Assembly (NCBI GenBank): GCA_038042445.1
Contig: JBBTED010000072.1
Span: 6,287-70,286 of the forward strand
Source: Candidatus Firestoneibacteriota bacterium
GTDB taxonomy: Bacteria; Oederibacteriota; D2-FULL-39-29; JBBTED01
Direction of reading: 5' to 3'
Length of the DNA stretch: 64,000 nt
Under the pieces are notes generated by a model. It searched no databases. It worked only from the letters and a program-made list of their open reading frames with translations, and was not told the DNA's origin. The position numbers and the translations under genes were made by a program. Shown here one piece after another: positions 11,481 through 21,819 of this stretch (within the stretch, counting starts at the first letter, position 1; each line of letters starts with the position of its first letter).

Positions 11481-12176
11481 GTATTCAAAACGCAATCTCC
11501 ACACTACCCATATAGCTTCATATACTATTTTTTTTGACATCTTGGAACTTCCAATATGACGGTCCATAAAAATTATTGGGATTTCCCCAATTTTATATCC
11601 TTTTTTAAAACATCTGTAGTTCATCTCAATCTGAAAAGCATATCCATCTGAATGTATTGCATCAAGATTAATATTTTGTAAAACTTCTTTTTTGAAACAT
11701 TTAAAACCTGCAGTGCAATCTCTAATAGACAAGTTTAAAACTATCCTTACATACATACTAGCCATAAGACTTAATATCAGTCTTCTAAGTGGCCAGTTTA
11801 CAACACTTATACCAGTTAAATATCGTGAACCAATTACTACATCATATTTTTCCATTGCTTCAATAAAATATTGTACTATTTTTGGATCATGAGAAAAATC
11901 AGCGTCCATTTCCAATATATAATCTACATCCTGTTTCAATGCATATTTGAATCCTGCAACATAAGCTGAACCAAGCCCAAGTTTACCGGCTCTATGTATA
12001 ACTTCAATTTGTTTATATTTACTTGCTAATGTATCCGCTATTTCTCCTGTACCATCAGGAGAATTGTCATCTATTATTAATATCCTTATATAATCACCAA
12101 GTTGAAGCAATTCATCAACTAAGAGCTCAATGTTTTGTTTTTCATTATAGGTAGGAATCACTATTAATGTTTTCAT
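11469..12176 (-). CDS. Polyprenol monophosphomannose synthase (GT2, Ppm1/Dpm1-like)
   Basis: IPTYNE, DDNSPDGTG, GKLGLGSAY, EMDADFSHDP, GYAFQIE. Confidence 0.92.
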   Translation of the reverse strand: MKTLIVIPTYNEKQNIELLVDELLQLGDYIRILIIDDNSPDGTGEIADTLASKYKQIEVIHRAGKLGLGSAYVAGFKYALKQDVDYILEMDADFSHDPKIVQYFIEAMEKYDVVIGSRYLTGISVVNWPLRRLILSLMASMYVRIVLNLSIRDCTAGFKCFKKEVLQNINLDAIHSDGYAFQIEMNYRCFKKGYKIGEIPIIFMDRHIGSSKMSKKIVYEAIWVVWRLRFEYLFK

Positions 12177-12191
12177 AAGTTACGATTTATT

Positions 12192-12249
12192 GTAGGGCAT
12201 CCACCTAGACAAATGCTTGTTTTTTTGCAAGGCGAAAGCCTTGCCCTAC
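12192..12249. repeat. GTAG-type REP-like element
   Basis: gtagggca ... gcaaggcgaaagccttgccctac. Confidence 0.75.
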
Positions 12250-12256
12250 ATAGAAA

Positions 12257-12478
12257 TTATATAAGTCCTGATGATTTAAAGAGTTGGTATCCAACCCAAG
12301 CAAGAAATACTACACCAACACTTGTTACTGCTACTACTATATACCACGCAATGGATTTAACTGTTTGCAACCATTTTTTCTCTGGAACTTTATCTTCATA
12401 AGCTATACTAATCATCAATGACACTGCGAATATACCCACTCCTGCAACTATTAAAGACCAAAGTAATCCTTTATCCAT
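12257..12478 (-). CDS. Small two-TM membrane protein
   Basis: AGGAGG RBS, two hydrophobic segments. Confidence 0.7.
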   Translation of the reverse strand: MDKGLLWSLIVAGVGIFAVSLMISIAYEDKVPEKKWLQTVKSIAWYIVVAVTSVGVVFLAWVGYQLFKSSGLI

Positions 12479-12505
12479 AATTTACCTCCTAAAACAAATT
12501 TTTTG

Positions 12506-12570
12506 GTAGCACAGGGTCTTTAGACCCTGCAGATTTTTTATTTATGAATGGTCTAAAGACCATTCACTAC
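12506..12570. repeat. GTAG-type REP doublet
   Basis: gtagcacagggtctttagaccctg ... aatggtctaaagaccattcactac. Confidence 0.8.
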
Positions 12571-12619
12571 CGTTCATTTTCTTTCATAAAACTTTTTACA
12601 GTACTCGTTTTACATTTTT

Positions 12620-13579
12620 TTATAGCCATTTTTTCTTTCTAAAGAAAAAGTACATCAGTATAGTTGTAAAAATAATTATACACCACACAAATATATAACC
12701 TATAATTCCCCATTCAAATTCAGGAGCTTTTACATTCATTCCATAGAAACTGGTTATTAAAGTAAGTGGCATCATAAATGTTGCTATAATTGTAAGAGTT
12801 TTCATTACCTCATTTAATCTGTTTGAAATAATTGAATGATATACTTCCATTGATGAAGTCAACATATCCCTATATGTTTCAATAATACTATATATTCTAA
12901 CTGCATGGTCATATATATCTCTAAAATAAATTGCTATATCTGGTTTTATAAACGGAAAATCTCTTCTGGTTAAAATATTTAACACTCCCTGCTGTGGACC
13001 TAATATCTTACGCATAGAAAGAGTATTTTTTTTAAGTGCAAATATTTGGTGCATAATTAAAGATGTAGGTGCATTTGCTAATTCATCGTCTATCTTATCT
13101 ATCTTCTCATCCATATTTTCAAGAACAGGGAAATATGTATCCATTATACTATCCAAAATATTATATAAAAGAAAATCAACTCCCTTTGCTATTACATTTG
13201 GATTAGATTTAACTATTTCAAAAATAGCTGTAATTGGCTTAATTGTTTCCGGATGCAAAGTAATAAGATAGTTTTCTCCTAAAAATAAATCCAGTTCACT
13301 TGTGCAAATATTTCCATTTGGACAAGTAATTGCGTGAAATACCATAAAAATATTGCTTCCAAAATCGTTTATTTTGGGATGATTTTGTGGAAATATACAA
13401 TCTTCAATAGCCAAAGGATGAAAATCAAATTCATCTACTAATATATCTATCTCTTGTTCTGTTGGATCATTTATATCTAACCACAATAATCCTTTTTTTT
13501 GTTTGATAATATCAACAAGCTCTTCTTTTGAAATCTCTGTTCGTAATTTATCTTCTGAATAAAAGAAAGTTTTTAACAT
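12620..13579 (-). CDS. corA: Magnesium/cobalt transporter CorA
   Basis: FHPLAIEDC, YFRDIYDH, NEVMKTLT, YGMN motif. Confidence 0.95.
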   Translation of the reverse strand: MLKTFFYSEDKLRTEISKEELVDIIKQKKGLLWLDINDPTEQEIDILVDEFDFHPLAIEDCIFPQNHPKINDFGSNIFMVFHAITCPNGNICTSELDLFLGENYLITLHPETIKPITAIFEIVKSNPNVIAKGVDFLLYNILDSIMDTYFPVLENMDEKIDKIDDELANAPTSLIMHQIFALKKNTLSMRKILGPQQGVLNILTRRDFPFIKPDIAIYFRDIYDHAVRIYSIIETYRDMLTSSMEVYHSIISNRLNEVMKTLTIIATFMMPLTLITSFYGMNVKAPEFEWGIIGYIFVWCIIIFTTILMYFFFRKKKWL

Positions 13580-14355
13580 AATTTTCTATGTAATCGCTCT
13601 ATAGATTTCGCTTTGCCTGTATTTTCATCTATATCCAATACAACACCGCACAAAACAATATCATCACTTGCTACATCAAATTTTACGGGCATCTGCAAAA
13701 GAAACCTTTGTATTGCAATTTCTTTTTTTGCTCCTATGACTGAATCCTGAGGCCCTGTCATACCTACATCAGTTATATATGCAGTGCCACCCGGCAATAT
13801 TTTTTCATCTGCAGTCTGAACATGTGTATGTGTACCTAATATAGCAGAAACTTCTCCATTTAAATACCAGGCAAAAGCATTTTTTTCAGACGTAACTTCT
13901 GCATGAAAATCAATAATTATGATTTTTGTTTGTTTCTTTAAGTTTTCAACTTCCCGTTTTGCAACACGAAATGGACAATCAAAATTTTGCATATAAACCC
14001 TGCCTGCTACATTAATAACTCCAACTTTTAAATTGTCAATAGTTTTAAAAACAACAGAACCTTTTCCTGGAACACCTAAAGGATAATTTGCGGGCCGTAA
14101 TAAATTTACACATAATTCTATATCTTTAACTATTTCTTTTTTATCCCAAATGTGATTTCCACTTGTCAATAAATCTACGCCATATCCATGCAATTCCTCT
14201 ACAATTTGCGGTGTTACACCCAAACCACCAGCAGCATTTTCACAATTAGCAATTGTTAAATTAATCTGGAATTCTTTTTTTAATTTTGGTAACAATTCAC
14301 ATATAGCTTGTCTACCTGGTTTTCCACATATATCGCCTATAAATAAAATTTTCAT
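13573..14355 (-). CDS. ymdB: YmdB/TIGR00282 metallophosphoesterase
   Basis: FIGDICG, ENAAGG, SGNHIWD, DFHAEVTSEK, GTHTHVQTAD; follows rny. Confidence 0.95.
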   Translation of the reverse strand: MKILFIGDICGKPGRQAICELLPKLKKEFQINLTIANCENAAGGLGVTPQIVEELHGYGVDLLTSGNHIWDKKEIVKDIELCVNLLRPANYPLGVPGKGSVVFKTIDNLKVGVINVAGRVYMQNFDCPFRVAKREVENLKKQTKIIIIDFHAEVTSEKNAFAWYLNGEVSAILGTHTHVQTADEKILPGGTAYITDVGMTGPQDSVIGAKKEIAIQRFLLQMPVKFDVASDDIVLCGVVLDIDENTGKAKSIERLHRKLC

Positions 14356-15938
14356 TTAGCGTATTCTACAACTCTCATTTCCCTTATTACAGTAACTTTT
14401 ATTTGACCGGGATACTCGTGTTCTGTTTCAATTTTTTTCGCGATATCGCGTGCAAGCTGAAGAGCATCAGCATCACTTATTTGTTCATGTTCCACCATTA
14501 TACGAACTTCTCTACCAGCTTGTATCGCATATGATTTTTGAACACCTTTAAATGATTCTGCAATTGATTCAAGTTTTTTAAGTCTCTTTACGTAATTTTC
14601 TAATGTTTCACCACGCGCCCCTGGCCGTGAACTTGATATAGCATCAGCAGCTTGAACAATTATAGCTTCTAATGGACGTTGTATATCATCACTATGATGA
14701 CCTGCTATGCCAAAAATTACCCTCTGAGATTCACCATATTTTCTTGCAAGCTCTTCACCTAATTTATCATGTGTACCTTCTACTTCATGATCTATTGCTT
14801 TGCCAATATCATGCAAAAATCCGGCTCGTTTAAAAACAGGCACATCTAAATTTAATTCAGCTGCCAATAACCCGGCAAGCCGAGCTACTTCAATTGAATG
14901 TTGCAATACATTTTGGCCATAACTTGTCCTATATTTTAATCTACCTAATAATTTTACAATTTCAGGATGAATACCTGGAATTCCAATTTTTAAAACAGCC
15001 TGCTCACCTGTTTCTTTTATTATTCCATCCATTTCATTTTTTACTTTAGCAACCACTTCTTCTATTCTTGCAGGATGAATTCTTCCATCAGAAAGTAATC
15101 TCTCAAGAGAAATCCTTGCTATTTCTCTGCGTACTACATCAAACCCTGAAACAACAACTGCTTCAGGTGTATCATCAATAATTACGTCTACACCAGTTGC
15201 AGCTTCAAGTGCCCTTATATTTCTACCTTCGCGACCAATTATTCTACCTTTCATTTCTTCATTTGGAATAGGAATTACCGAAACTGTAGTTTCAACTGTA
15301 TGTTCCATTGCACAACGTTGTATTGCTAAAGTTAAAATCTTTTTTGCATTTTTTTCTGCTGTATCTTTTGCTTCATCTTCTATTCGTTTCATTAAAATAG
15401 CTGCTTCATGTCGCATTTCAGATTCCATACTTTGAAGAAGTAATTTTTTTGCCATCTCTGCTGTAAGACCTGATATTTTTTCAAGTCTCTGTCTTTCTTC
15501 TTCTAAAGCTATTCCAAGCTGTTCTTCTTTTTCCTTTACTGATTTTTCTCGTGTCAGAATTGCTCTTTCTCTATTTTGTATATCTTTATCTTTCTTATCC
15601 AGTATCTCAAGTTTTCGTTCTGAGTTTTCTTCTTTCTGTGTTAAACGTTTTTCCAGATTTTGTAGATCCTGCTTTTTTATATTTGCCTCTTCTTCAAAAT
15701 CAGCTTTAATTTTATAAAGTTTATCCTTAGCTTCAAGTATTGCTTCCCTCTTTTTGTTTTCAACTTGTTTTTCGGCTTCTTCAATAATCTTTTTTGCCAT
15801 TTTCTCGGCAGACATAATCTTGCTTTCAGCCAAATGTTTTCGAACAAGATATCCGCCAATTGAACCAAGAATACCAATTACTAAAATTGTTACTCCATAC
15901 AAAATACTCATTAAATTTAAGTTACTAATGATCGCCAC
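14352..15938 (-). CDS. rny: Ribonuclease Y
   Basis: N-terminal TM, coiled coil, KH (KGRIIGREGRNIR), HD domain (LHDIGKA). Confidence 0.97.
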   Translation of the reverse strand: MAIISNLNLMSILYGVTILVIGILGSIGGYLVRKHLAESKIMSAEKMAKKIIEEAEKQVENKKREAILEAKDKLYKIKADFEEEANIKKQDLQNLEKRLTQKEENSERKLEILDKKDKDIQNRERAILTREKSVKEKEEQLGIALEEERQRLEKISGLTAEMAKKLLLQSMESEMRHEAAILMKRIEDEAKDTAEKNAKKILTLAIQRCAMEHTVETTVSVIPIPNEEMKGRIIGREGRNIRALEAATGVDVIIDDTPEAVVVSGFDVVRREIARISLERLLSDGRIHPARIEEVVAKVKNEMDGIIKETGEQAVLKIGIPGIHPEIVKLLGRLKYRTSYGQNVLQHSIEVARLAGLLAAELNLDVPVFKRAGFLHDIGKAIDHEVEGTHDKLGEELARKYGESQRVIFGIAGHHSDDIQRPLEAIIVQAADAISSSRPGARGETLENYVKRLKKLESIAESFKGVQKSYAIQAGREVRIMVEHEQISDADALQLARDIAKKIETEHEYPGQIKVTVIREMRVVEYAK

Positions 15939-16116
15939 CCCCTTAGAAGAAATATATTATTATATAATTATATTTCAAAATAGAAGCATATATGCCTCTA
16001 AAAATAATAGTTTCCTGTAAAATTACACTTTCAGAAAAGTATACCAAATATAAATTTCATCTGCAATTAAAATTTTTGTGTGGGTGGGTCAATTCATCCG
16101 CATTAGGCAAAAAAAC

Positions 16117-17409
16117 TCATAATTCTATTTTTTTTATCTTGCTTTGGATAAAAAGTATTGTTGCAAATTGCAACCCGAGAATAAACAAAAAAGGAAGTTT
16201 TGGATCTATTTCATAAAGTTTTCCAGCAATAGGGGCAGACGGTATAGAAAATAATGTTGATAATACCAATATAACTGCAGAAATTTTAGCACGTTCACTA
16301 TCTTTCATTATGTTTGCACCATACGCATCGAATACAGGCCTGAATAATGCAACACCAAGTGCCGAAATAAAAGTAGATATAACTAAAAATACCATTGTTT
16401 GAGATGGAGAAATCAAAAATATAATGCTTGCAAGTACACTAAGACGTACACCCTGCAATAATCTGTTTTTTAATTTTTTCCCCATATCAAATGGTGGCAT
16501 TAAAAGCATCAAAGAAATCAGCACACCTGAAAATACAAATGGAACAATTGAAACACTTGATTTGTCTATACCAATACCTTTTTCATCTGTAATATATATT
16601 GGAGAATATGTGCTCCATGCAATTGCAGTAAACCAGCTTAAAACCTGGATAATTAAAAAAAACATTAAATCTTTATTTGTAAATATTTTTTTGATTATAG
16701 GAATATATTCTTTTATGAAATTGTTTTGCAAATTTACATTTGACACTTCTGCTTTTGTTTCTACAAGATTTTTCTGACGTATTATCAATGCAAATGATGT
16801 AGAAAGAATTGTTATACCAAATAAAATTCTACAACCATCTAAAATCCCAAATGCTTTAATAATAATTCCTGCAATAGGTAGAAATAATCCACAACCCATT
16901 ATAAATATCTGAAACATTGAAAATAATAATGGCCTTTTTTCAATTTCTGTATTTTCAATAAAAAGACAACTCCAACCAGGTGCTACAATCCATGAAAAAT
17001 TCCATATACACACTGCAATTAATACATCCCAAATATTTTGAGATATTAATAAAATAATAAATGGCGTAATCCAGCATATTATGTCAAAAAACATTACAAC
17101 TTTTTTTCTTCCCCATATATCCGCAAGATATCCACCAAGTATTAAACCGATAATTTGTGGCACAAGAGCGATTGATGTTATCCAACCAATCTGCATTTTA
17201 GAAAGACCTAAAGCAGCCATATAAAGAGGAATATATGTTGCACACCATAACATAGGAATACTGAAAAAAGGTTCAGTAATTAAAAGAACTTTAGCGTTAC
17301 CTTGTAATGCCTTAAATAATTCATTGATTTTGCCTTTTTGCAAATACAAAATAGAAACTGATTGCTTCAAAAGATTAAGTGTAAAATCTACAGGACGATT
17401 TAATAACAT
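16117..17409 (-). CDS. MFS transporter (start uncertain)
   Basis: GGYLADIWGRKK motif A, about 12 TM segments. Confidence 0.85.
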   Translation of the reverse strand: MLLNRPVDFTLNLLKQSVSILYLQKGKINELFKALQGNAKVLLITEPFFSIPMLWCATYIPLYMAALGLSKMQIGWITSIALVPQIIGLILGGYLADIWGRKKVVMFFDIICWITPFIILLISQNIWDVLIAVCIWNFSWIVAPGWSCLFIENTEIEKRPLLFSMFQIFIMGCGLFLPIAGIIIKAFGILDGCRILFGITILSTSFALIIRQKNLVETKAEVSNVNLQNNFIKEYIPIIKKIFTNKDLMFFLIIQVLSWFTAIAWSTYSPIYITDEKGIGIDKSSVSIVPFVFSGVLISLMLLMPPFDMGKKLKNRLLQGVRLSVLASIIFLISPSQTMVFLVISTFISALGVALFRPVFDAYGANIMKDSERAKISAVILVLSTLFSIPSAPIAGKLYEIDPKLPFLFILGLQFATILFIQSKIKKIEL

Positions 17410-17524
17410 ATATTTAAATGATGCAATTATATTTTATAACAGATTAGTCGTAAATCATAACTGAAGTATGCGTCAATTTTAAATTTTTCGCTTTAGTTCT
17501 ACGTTTTTCGCTTTTAGCTTTGAG

Positions 17525-18730
17525 TTATTCTATTATATCTTCCAAGACTTGTTTTAGTTTCTGCAGAAATTTTGCTGCGGTAACACCATCTATAACTCTA
17601 TGGTCAACAGATAATGTTAAATTCATCATTGGTTTTACAAATATTCCACCGTTACCTGCAACAACTTCATTTGTTATTTTTCCTATCGCGAGTATTGCAC
17701 TTTCCGGCGGATTTATTATTGCACTAAAATCTTCAATATCATACATTCCAAGATTAGAAATTGTAAATGTTCCACCTGTGTATTCATTAGGCAAAAGTTT
17801 ATTACTCCTTGCTTTTGCTACTAAAGTATTTGCTTGAGTTACAATTTCAATAAGAGCTTTTTTATTTGCATTTTTTATCACAGGAACTATAAGCCCGTCA
17901 TCTAAAGAAACAGCCATACCTATATTTATATCTTTATGTAGTATAATTTTATCCTCTGCAAAAGACGCATTTATTATTGGATTTTCTTCTAAAACTTTTG
18001 CAGTCGCATAAATTATAATATCATTATATGAGATTTTAACATTTACTTTTTTCTTATATTCTTCAAGCAATGAAGTACGTAATGCTACAGCATTAGACAT
18101 ATCCACACTAATTTTAAGATAGAAATGCGGAGCATTTGTTTTGCTTTCTTTCATTCTCTTTGCAATAATCTTTCTCATTGGAGTAAGCAATAATTCTCCT
18201 GCCTGAGTTTGTTCAATCTCTTTACCCTTAGAAACATTTTTTCCTGTCCATTTTTTTACATCTTCTTCCGTTATTCTACCTCCTGAACCTGTTCCCTTCA
18301 CATCTGCCAAATTTATATTTAATTCTTTTGCCACCCGTTTAGCTGCCGGAGTTACAAAAATTCTTTCAGGAATATCCGTAGAAGATTTAATAGTTTCTTT
18401 CTGAAAAGTTTTTTCTTCTTTTATATTTGATTCTTGATTTTTGGTATTTGATTTTTGACCTTTGATATTTGATATTGCTTCTGGTATTGGCTCATTTGCA
18501 TCTCCAACCAAAGCTATAGTCTGAAGAACAGGAATTACTTCTCCTTCCTTTGCAAGTATTTTCCTTACTATCCCAGATACTATAGATTCAACTTCTAAAG
18601 TTGCTTTATCAGTAGTTATTTCTAAAAGTATTTCACCTTTTTCAATTTTATCTCCTTCTTTCTTTCTCCATTTTGAAATTGTTCCTTCATTCATTGTTTC
18701 ACCAAGCATTGGCAATATTACGTTTTCCAT
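17525..18730 (-). CDS. Dihydrolipoamide acetyltransferase E2 (AcoC/PdhC-like)
   Basis: Lipoyl TDKA, E3-binding GTGSGGRIT, catalytic DHRVIDG. Confidence 0.93.
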   Translation of the reverse strand: MENVILPMLGETMNEGTISKWRKKEGDKIEKGEILLEITTDKATLEVESIVSGIVRKILAKEGEVIPVLQTIALVGDANEPIPEAISNIKGQKSNTKNQESNIKEEKTFQKETIKSSTDIPERIFVTPAAKRVAKELNINLADVKGTGSGGRITEEDVKKWTGKNVSKGKEIEQTQAGELLLTPMRKIIAKRMKESKTNAPHFYLKISVDMSNAVALRTSLLEEYKKKVNVKISYNDIIIYATAKVLEENPIINASFAEDKIILHKDINIGMAVSLDDGLIVPVIKNANKKALIEIVTQANTLVAKARSNKLLPNEYTGGTFTISNLGMYDIEDFSAIINPPESAILAIGKITNEVVAGNGGIFVKPMMNLTLSVDHRVIDGVTAAKFLQKLKQVLEDIIE

Positions 18731-18758
18731 AATTTTCTCCTATATACAATATTTTTTA

Positions 18759-18831
18759 GTAGTTACAGACTTTAGTCTGCGGTCTTTATGTAGTAATTTC
18801 TTTTCTCTCGCAGGCTAAAGCCTGCGACTAC
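18759..18831. repeat. GTAG-type REP doublet
   Basis: gtagttacagactttagtctgc ... cgcaggctaaagcctgcgactac; near-identical arm at 60660-60682. Confidence 0.8.
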
Positions 18832-18843
18832 AATTTCACAATT

Positions 18844-19815
18844 CTATATTATTTCTTTTACGGCAGCTATTATATCATCTTTTTGTGGAATTGCAACCTT
18901 TTCAAGAGTCGGACTCATTGGAATTGGAACATCTGCCCCACAAACACGTTTTATTGGCGCATTCAAATAATCAAAAGCATTTTCCATTACCTGCATTGCT
19001 ATTTCAGCTCCTACTCCTCCAATTTTACAAGCTTCATGCACTATAACTAATTTCCCTGTTTTTTTTACAGAATTAACAATCGTATTTATGTCCAGTGGTC
19101 TTAATGTCCGCGGGTCTATAACTTCACAACTTATATTTTCTTTTTCAAGAATTAACGCTGCTTCTAATGCCAAAAACAACATTCTGGAATAAGCAACTAT
19201 TGTTACATCTTTACCTTCTTTTTTTATATCAGCTTTTCCAAGAGGAATAGTATATTCTTCCTCCGGCACCTGGCCTTTAACTCCGTATAACATTTTGTGT
19301 TCAATAAAAATAATGGGGTTATCATTTCTTATTGATTCTTTAAGTAAACCTTTTGCATCATACGGTGTAGAAGGCATAACTACCATTAAACCCGGTATAT
19401 GCACAAACCAAGACTCCAAACTTTGTGAATGCTGTGCAGCTATACCTCTTCCTGCACCACCTTCTGTGCGAAGAACCATAGGAACTTTTGCTTTTCCGCC
19501 AAACATATATCTTATTTTTGCCATTTGATTTGCTATCTGATCCATAGCAATTCCTGTAAAATCAACATACATTATTTCAACAACAGGTCTCATCCCTGTA
19601 AGAGCTGCTCCAACCCCAGCTCCAACAATTGTAGCTTCAGATATAGCTGAATCTCTTATTCTCTCTGGACCATATTTTTCATATAGTCCTCTTGTTACAC
19701 CATAAGCACCACCATATATTCCTACATCTTCACCCATTACAAAAACAGTTTTATCTCGCTCCATTTCTTCCTGCAAAGCTTCATTTAAGGCCTGCCAATA
19801 TGTTATTTCTCTCAT
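18844..19815 (-). CDS. 2-oxoacid/acetoin dehydrogenase E1 beta subunit
   Basis: MGEDVG, AISEA, GMRPVVEIM, AQHSQSLE, EVIDPRTLRPLD. Confidence 0.93.
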   Translation of the reverse strand: MREITYWQALNEALQEEMERDKTVFVMGEDVGIYGGAYGVTRGLYEKYGPERIRDSAISEATIVGAGVGAALTGMRPVVEIMYVDFTGIAMDQIANQMAKIRYMFGGKAKVPMVLRTEGGAGRGIAAQHSQSLESWFVHIPGLMVVMPSTPYDAKGLLKESIRNDNPIIFIEHKMLYGVKGQVPEEEYTIPLGKADIKKEGKDVTIVAYSRMLFLALEAALILEKENISCEVIDPRTLRPLDINTIVNSVKKTGKLVIVHEACKIGGVGAEIAMQVMENAFDYLNAPIKRVCGADVPIPMSPTLEKVAIPQKDDIIAAVKEII

Positions 19816-19866
19816 TTATTATCTCCTTTTAAAACTCCCCTAACCCCTCTTATCAGAGGGGGATTA

Positions 19867-20826
19867 CTACACATAAAGGTCATCGTAAAGTTCTGAAACA
19901 TCAGGATAAGGACTCTCTAGTGTAAATTTTTCTGCATCTGTTATTTCAGCAATAACATCTTTTTCAATATTATCCATTTCATTTTGTGTTAATAAATTTA
20001 ATTCTTGTGCTTTTTTCTTGAATTGCATTATAGGACATTTTTCTCTCCATTCCTGCTCTTCTTCTTTTGTTCTGTATTTTCTTGGATCACTTCTGGAATG
20101 ACCATAATATCTGTATGTTTTACATTCAATTAAGCTGGGACCCTCTTTTTTCCTTGCACGTTCTACAGCATAACCCACAATTTCTTTAACTGCAAAAATA
20201 TTCATACCATCAACTATTTCTCCTGGTATATCATAAGCTTTTGCCCTGATTGCAACATCCTTTGTAGGAAAACATCTGTGGACAGCAACTGACATTCCAT
20301 AGAGATTGTTTTCACAAATATAAATTACCGGCAATTTCCAAACTGCAGCCATATTTAGAGATTCATGAAAAAGTCCCTGATTAGAAGCACCATCTCCAAA
20401 AAAACACAATACCACCTGATCAGTTCCACGCATTTTACAAGAAAGTGCAGCGCCTGTTGCCATTGCAATTGAACCGCCAACTATACCGTTTGCACCAAGA
20501 TTACCTTTAGTAACATCTGCAATATGCATAGAGCCACCTCTGCCTCTGCAATAACCTGTAGCTCTTCCACAAAGTTCAGCAAGCATTAGATTTACTTTTC
20601 CACCTTTTGCAATACAATGCCCATGGCCTCTATGAGTACTTGTAATTATGTCATTTTCCTTTATCATCGAACACGCACCTACAGCAACTGCCTCTTCTCC
20701 TGCATAAAGATGCGATGCTCCCTGCACAAGATTTTTTGATAAAAGCTCCATTACTTTTTCTTCAAAATATCTTATCTGCAACATCTGTTTCAATAATTTT
20801 ATAGCTTCATCTTTGGTTATTTTCAT
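19867..20826 (-). CDS. 2-oxoacid/acetoin dehydrogenase E1 alpha subunit
   Basis: STHRGHGH, GRGGSMH, TPP motif FGDGA...ENN, YRYYGHS. Confidence 0.93.
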   Translation of the reverse strand: MKITKDEAIKLLKQMLQIRYFEEKVMELLSKNLVQGASHLYAGEEAVAVGACSMIKENDIITSTHRGHGHCIAKGGKVNLMLAELCGRATGYCRGRGGSMHIADVTKGNLGANGIVGGSIAMATGAALSCKMRGTDQVVLCFFGDGASNQGLFHESLNMAAVWKLPVIYICENNLYGMSVAVHRCFPTKDVAIRAKAYDIPGEIVDGMNIFAVKEIVGYAVERARKKEGPSLIECKTYRYYGHSRSDPRKYRTKEEEQEWREKCPIMQFKKKAQELNLLTQNEMDNIEKDVIAEITDAEKFTLESPYPDVSELYDDLYV

Positions 20827-20853
20827 TTACTCACTCCTTTCTATATATTTATG

Positions 20854-21612
20854 TTAAGTTAAAATTACCGTAGTTCCTGATTTTTCAATTTTGTTTTTCT
20901 CCACTAAAGGAAATTTTTTATCTGTTATCAGATATTTAAGTGATGAAAGAGGAGATACATACGCAAATAATTCAAGACCAAATTTTGATGAATCCGTAAG
21001 ACCAATCACTTCTTTACTATTTGCAATTATAAGTTTTTTAAAATTAGCTACTGCAATATCACTTACTGTTATACCTTCCATTGTAAAACTACTTATTCCA
21101 ATAAATGCTTTATCCACTTTTATTTCTTTTAAAATTTTTTCCGCAATTGTCCCATAAAGCTCTCTTATCTCTTTTTTCCATTTTCCTCCAATTACATACA
21201 ATTCAATTGTAGGATGATTTGAAAGTTCGTATGCAATATCTATTGAATTTGTAAGAACAGTGAATTTCTTAGCAGGAAGGATTTTTGCCAGACATAAAAC
21301 TGTTGTGCTTGCTTCAAAAAAAATAGTGTCTCCTTCATTCAACAATTCAACAGCTTTAACTGCAATGTTTTTTTTCTCTTCAACAAATTCCTCTTTATGA
21401 ATCACCTGTATTGGCACATATTTAACTCCAGATGAAAATGCAATAGCTCCACCAAATGTTCGTTTAAGAAGAGATTCTTTATGAAGAATTTTCAAATCTC
21501 TTCTTATTGTAGATGCATCAACATCAAGCTCTTTTGCCAATTCATTTACTGTGCGACTTCTTTTCGTAGTTACAGTTTCAAGAATCCTTAATCTTCTTTC
21601 TTCATTTAACAT
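20854..21612 (-). CDS. DeoR/GlpR transcriptional regulator
   Basis: STIRRDL, RTFGGA, TNS, DSSKFG; likely start MLNEERR at 21612. Confidence 0.92.
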   Translation of the reverse strand: MLNEERRLRILETVTTKRSRTVNELAKELDVDASTIRRDLKILHKESLLKRTFGGAIAFSSGVKYVPIQVIHKEEFVEEKKNIAVKAVELLNEGDTIFFEASTTVLCLAKILPAKKFTVLTNSIDIAYELSNHPTIELYVIGGKWKKEIRELYGTIAEKILKEIKVDKAFIGISSFTMEGITVSDIAVANFKKLIIANSKEVIGLTDSSKFGLELFAYVSPLSSLKYLITDKKFPLVEKNKIEKSGTTVILT

Positions 21613-21689
21613 AAATTTTGCCCACCTTTGCCTGTTTCTATCTATTCTTGCACATTTTTGCTCTTTTGTCAAGGACATTTTGGATATAT

Positions 21690-21811
21690 GCAGAGATGCA
21701 TTGCAATGCGTATCTACGCAATGGGATAAATTCAGAATGTTTCTGCGGATTATTTTTTTGAGATCCTTCGCTAAAGCTCAGAGCTTGTTCTGAATTTATT
21801 TCAGGAATGAC
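21690..21811. repeat. Cluster of palindromic repeats (GTAG-type and TGTCAT-type)
   Basis: gcagagatgcattgcaatgcgtatctac; gagatccttcgctaaagctcag; ctgaatttatttcaggaatgac. Confidence 0.7.
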
Positions 21812-21819
21812 CTTTCAGG

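Noticed and set aside
15939..16116. 6S RNA or zapA expected upstream of rny
   Set aside because: Region is very AT-rich with only one short hairpin; no extended rod structure
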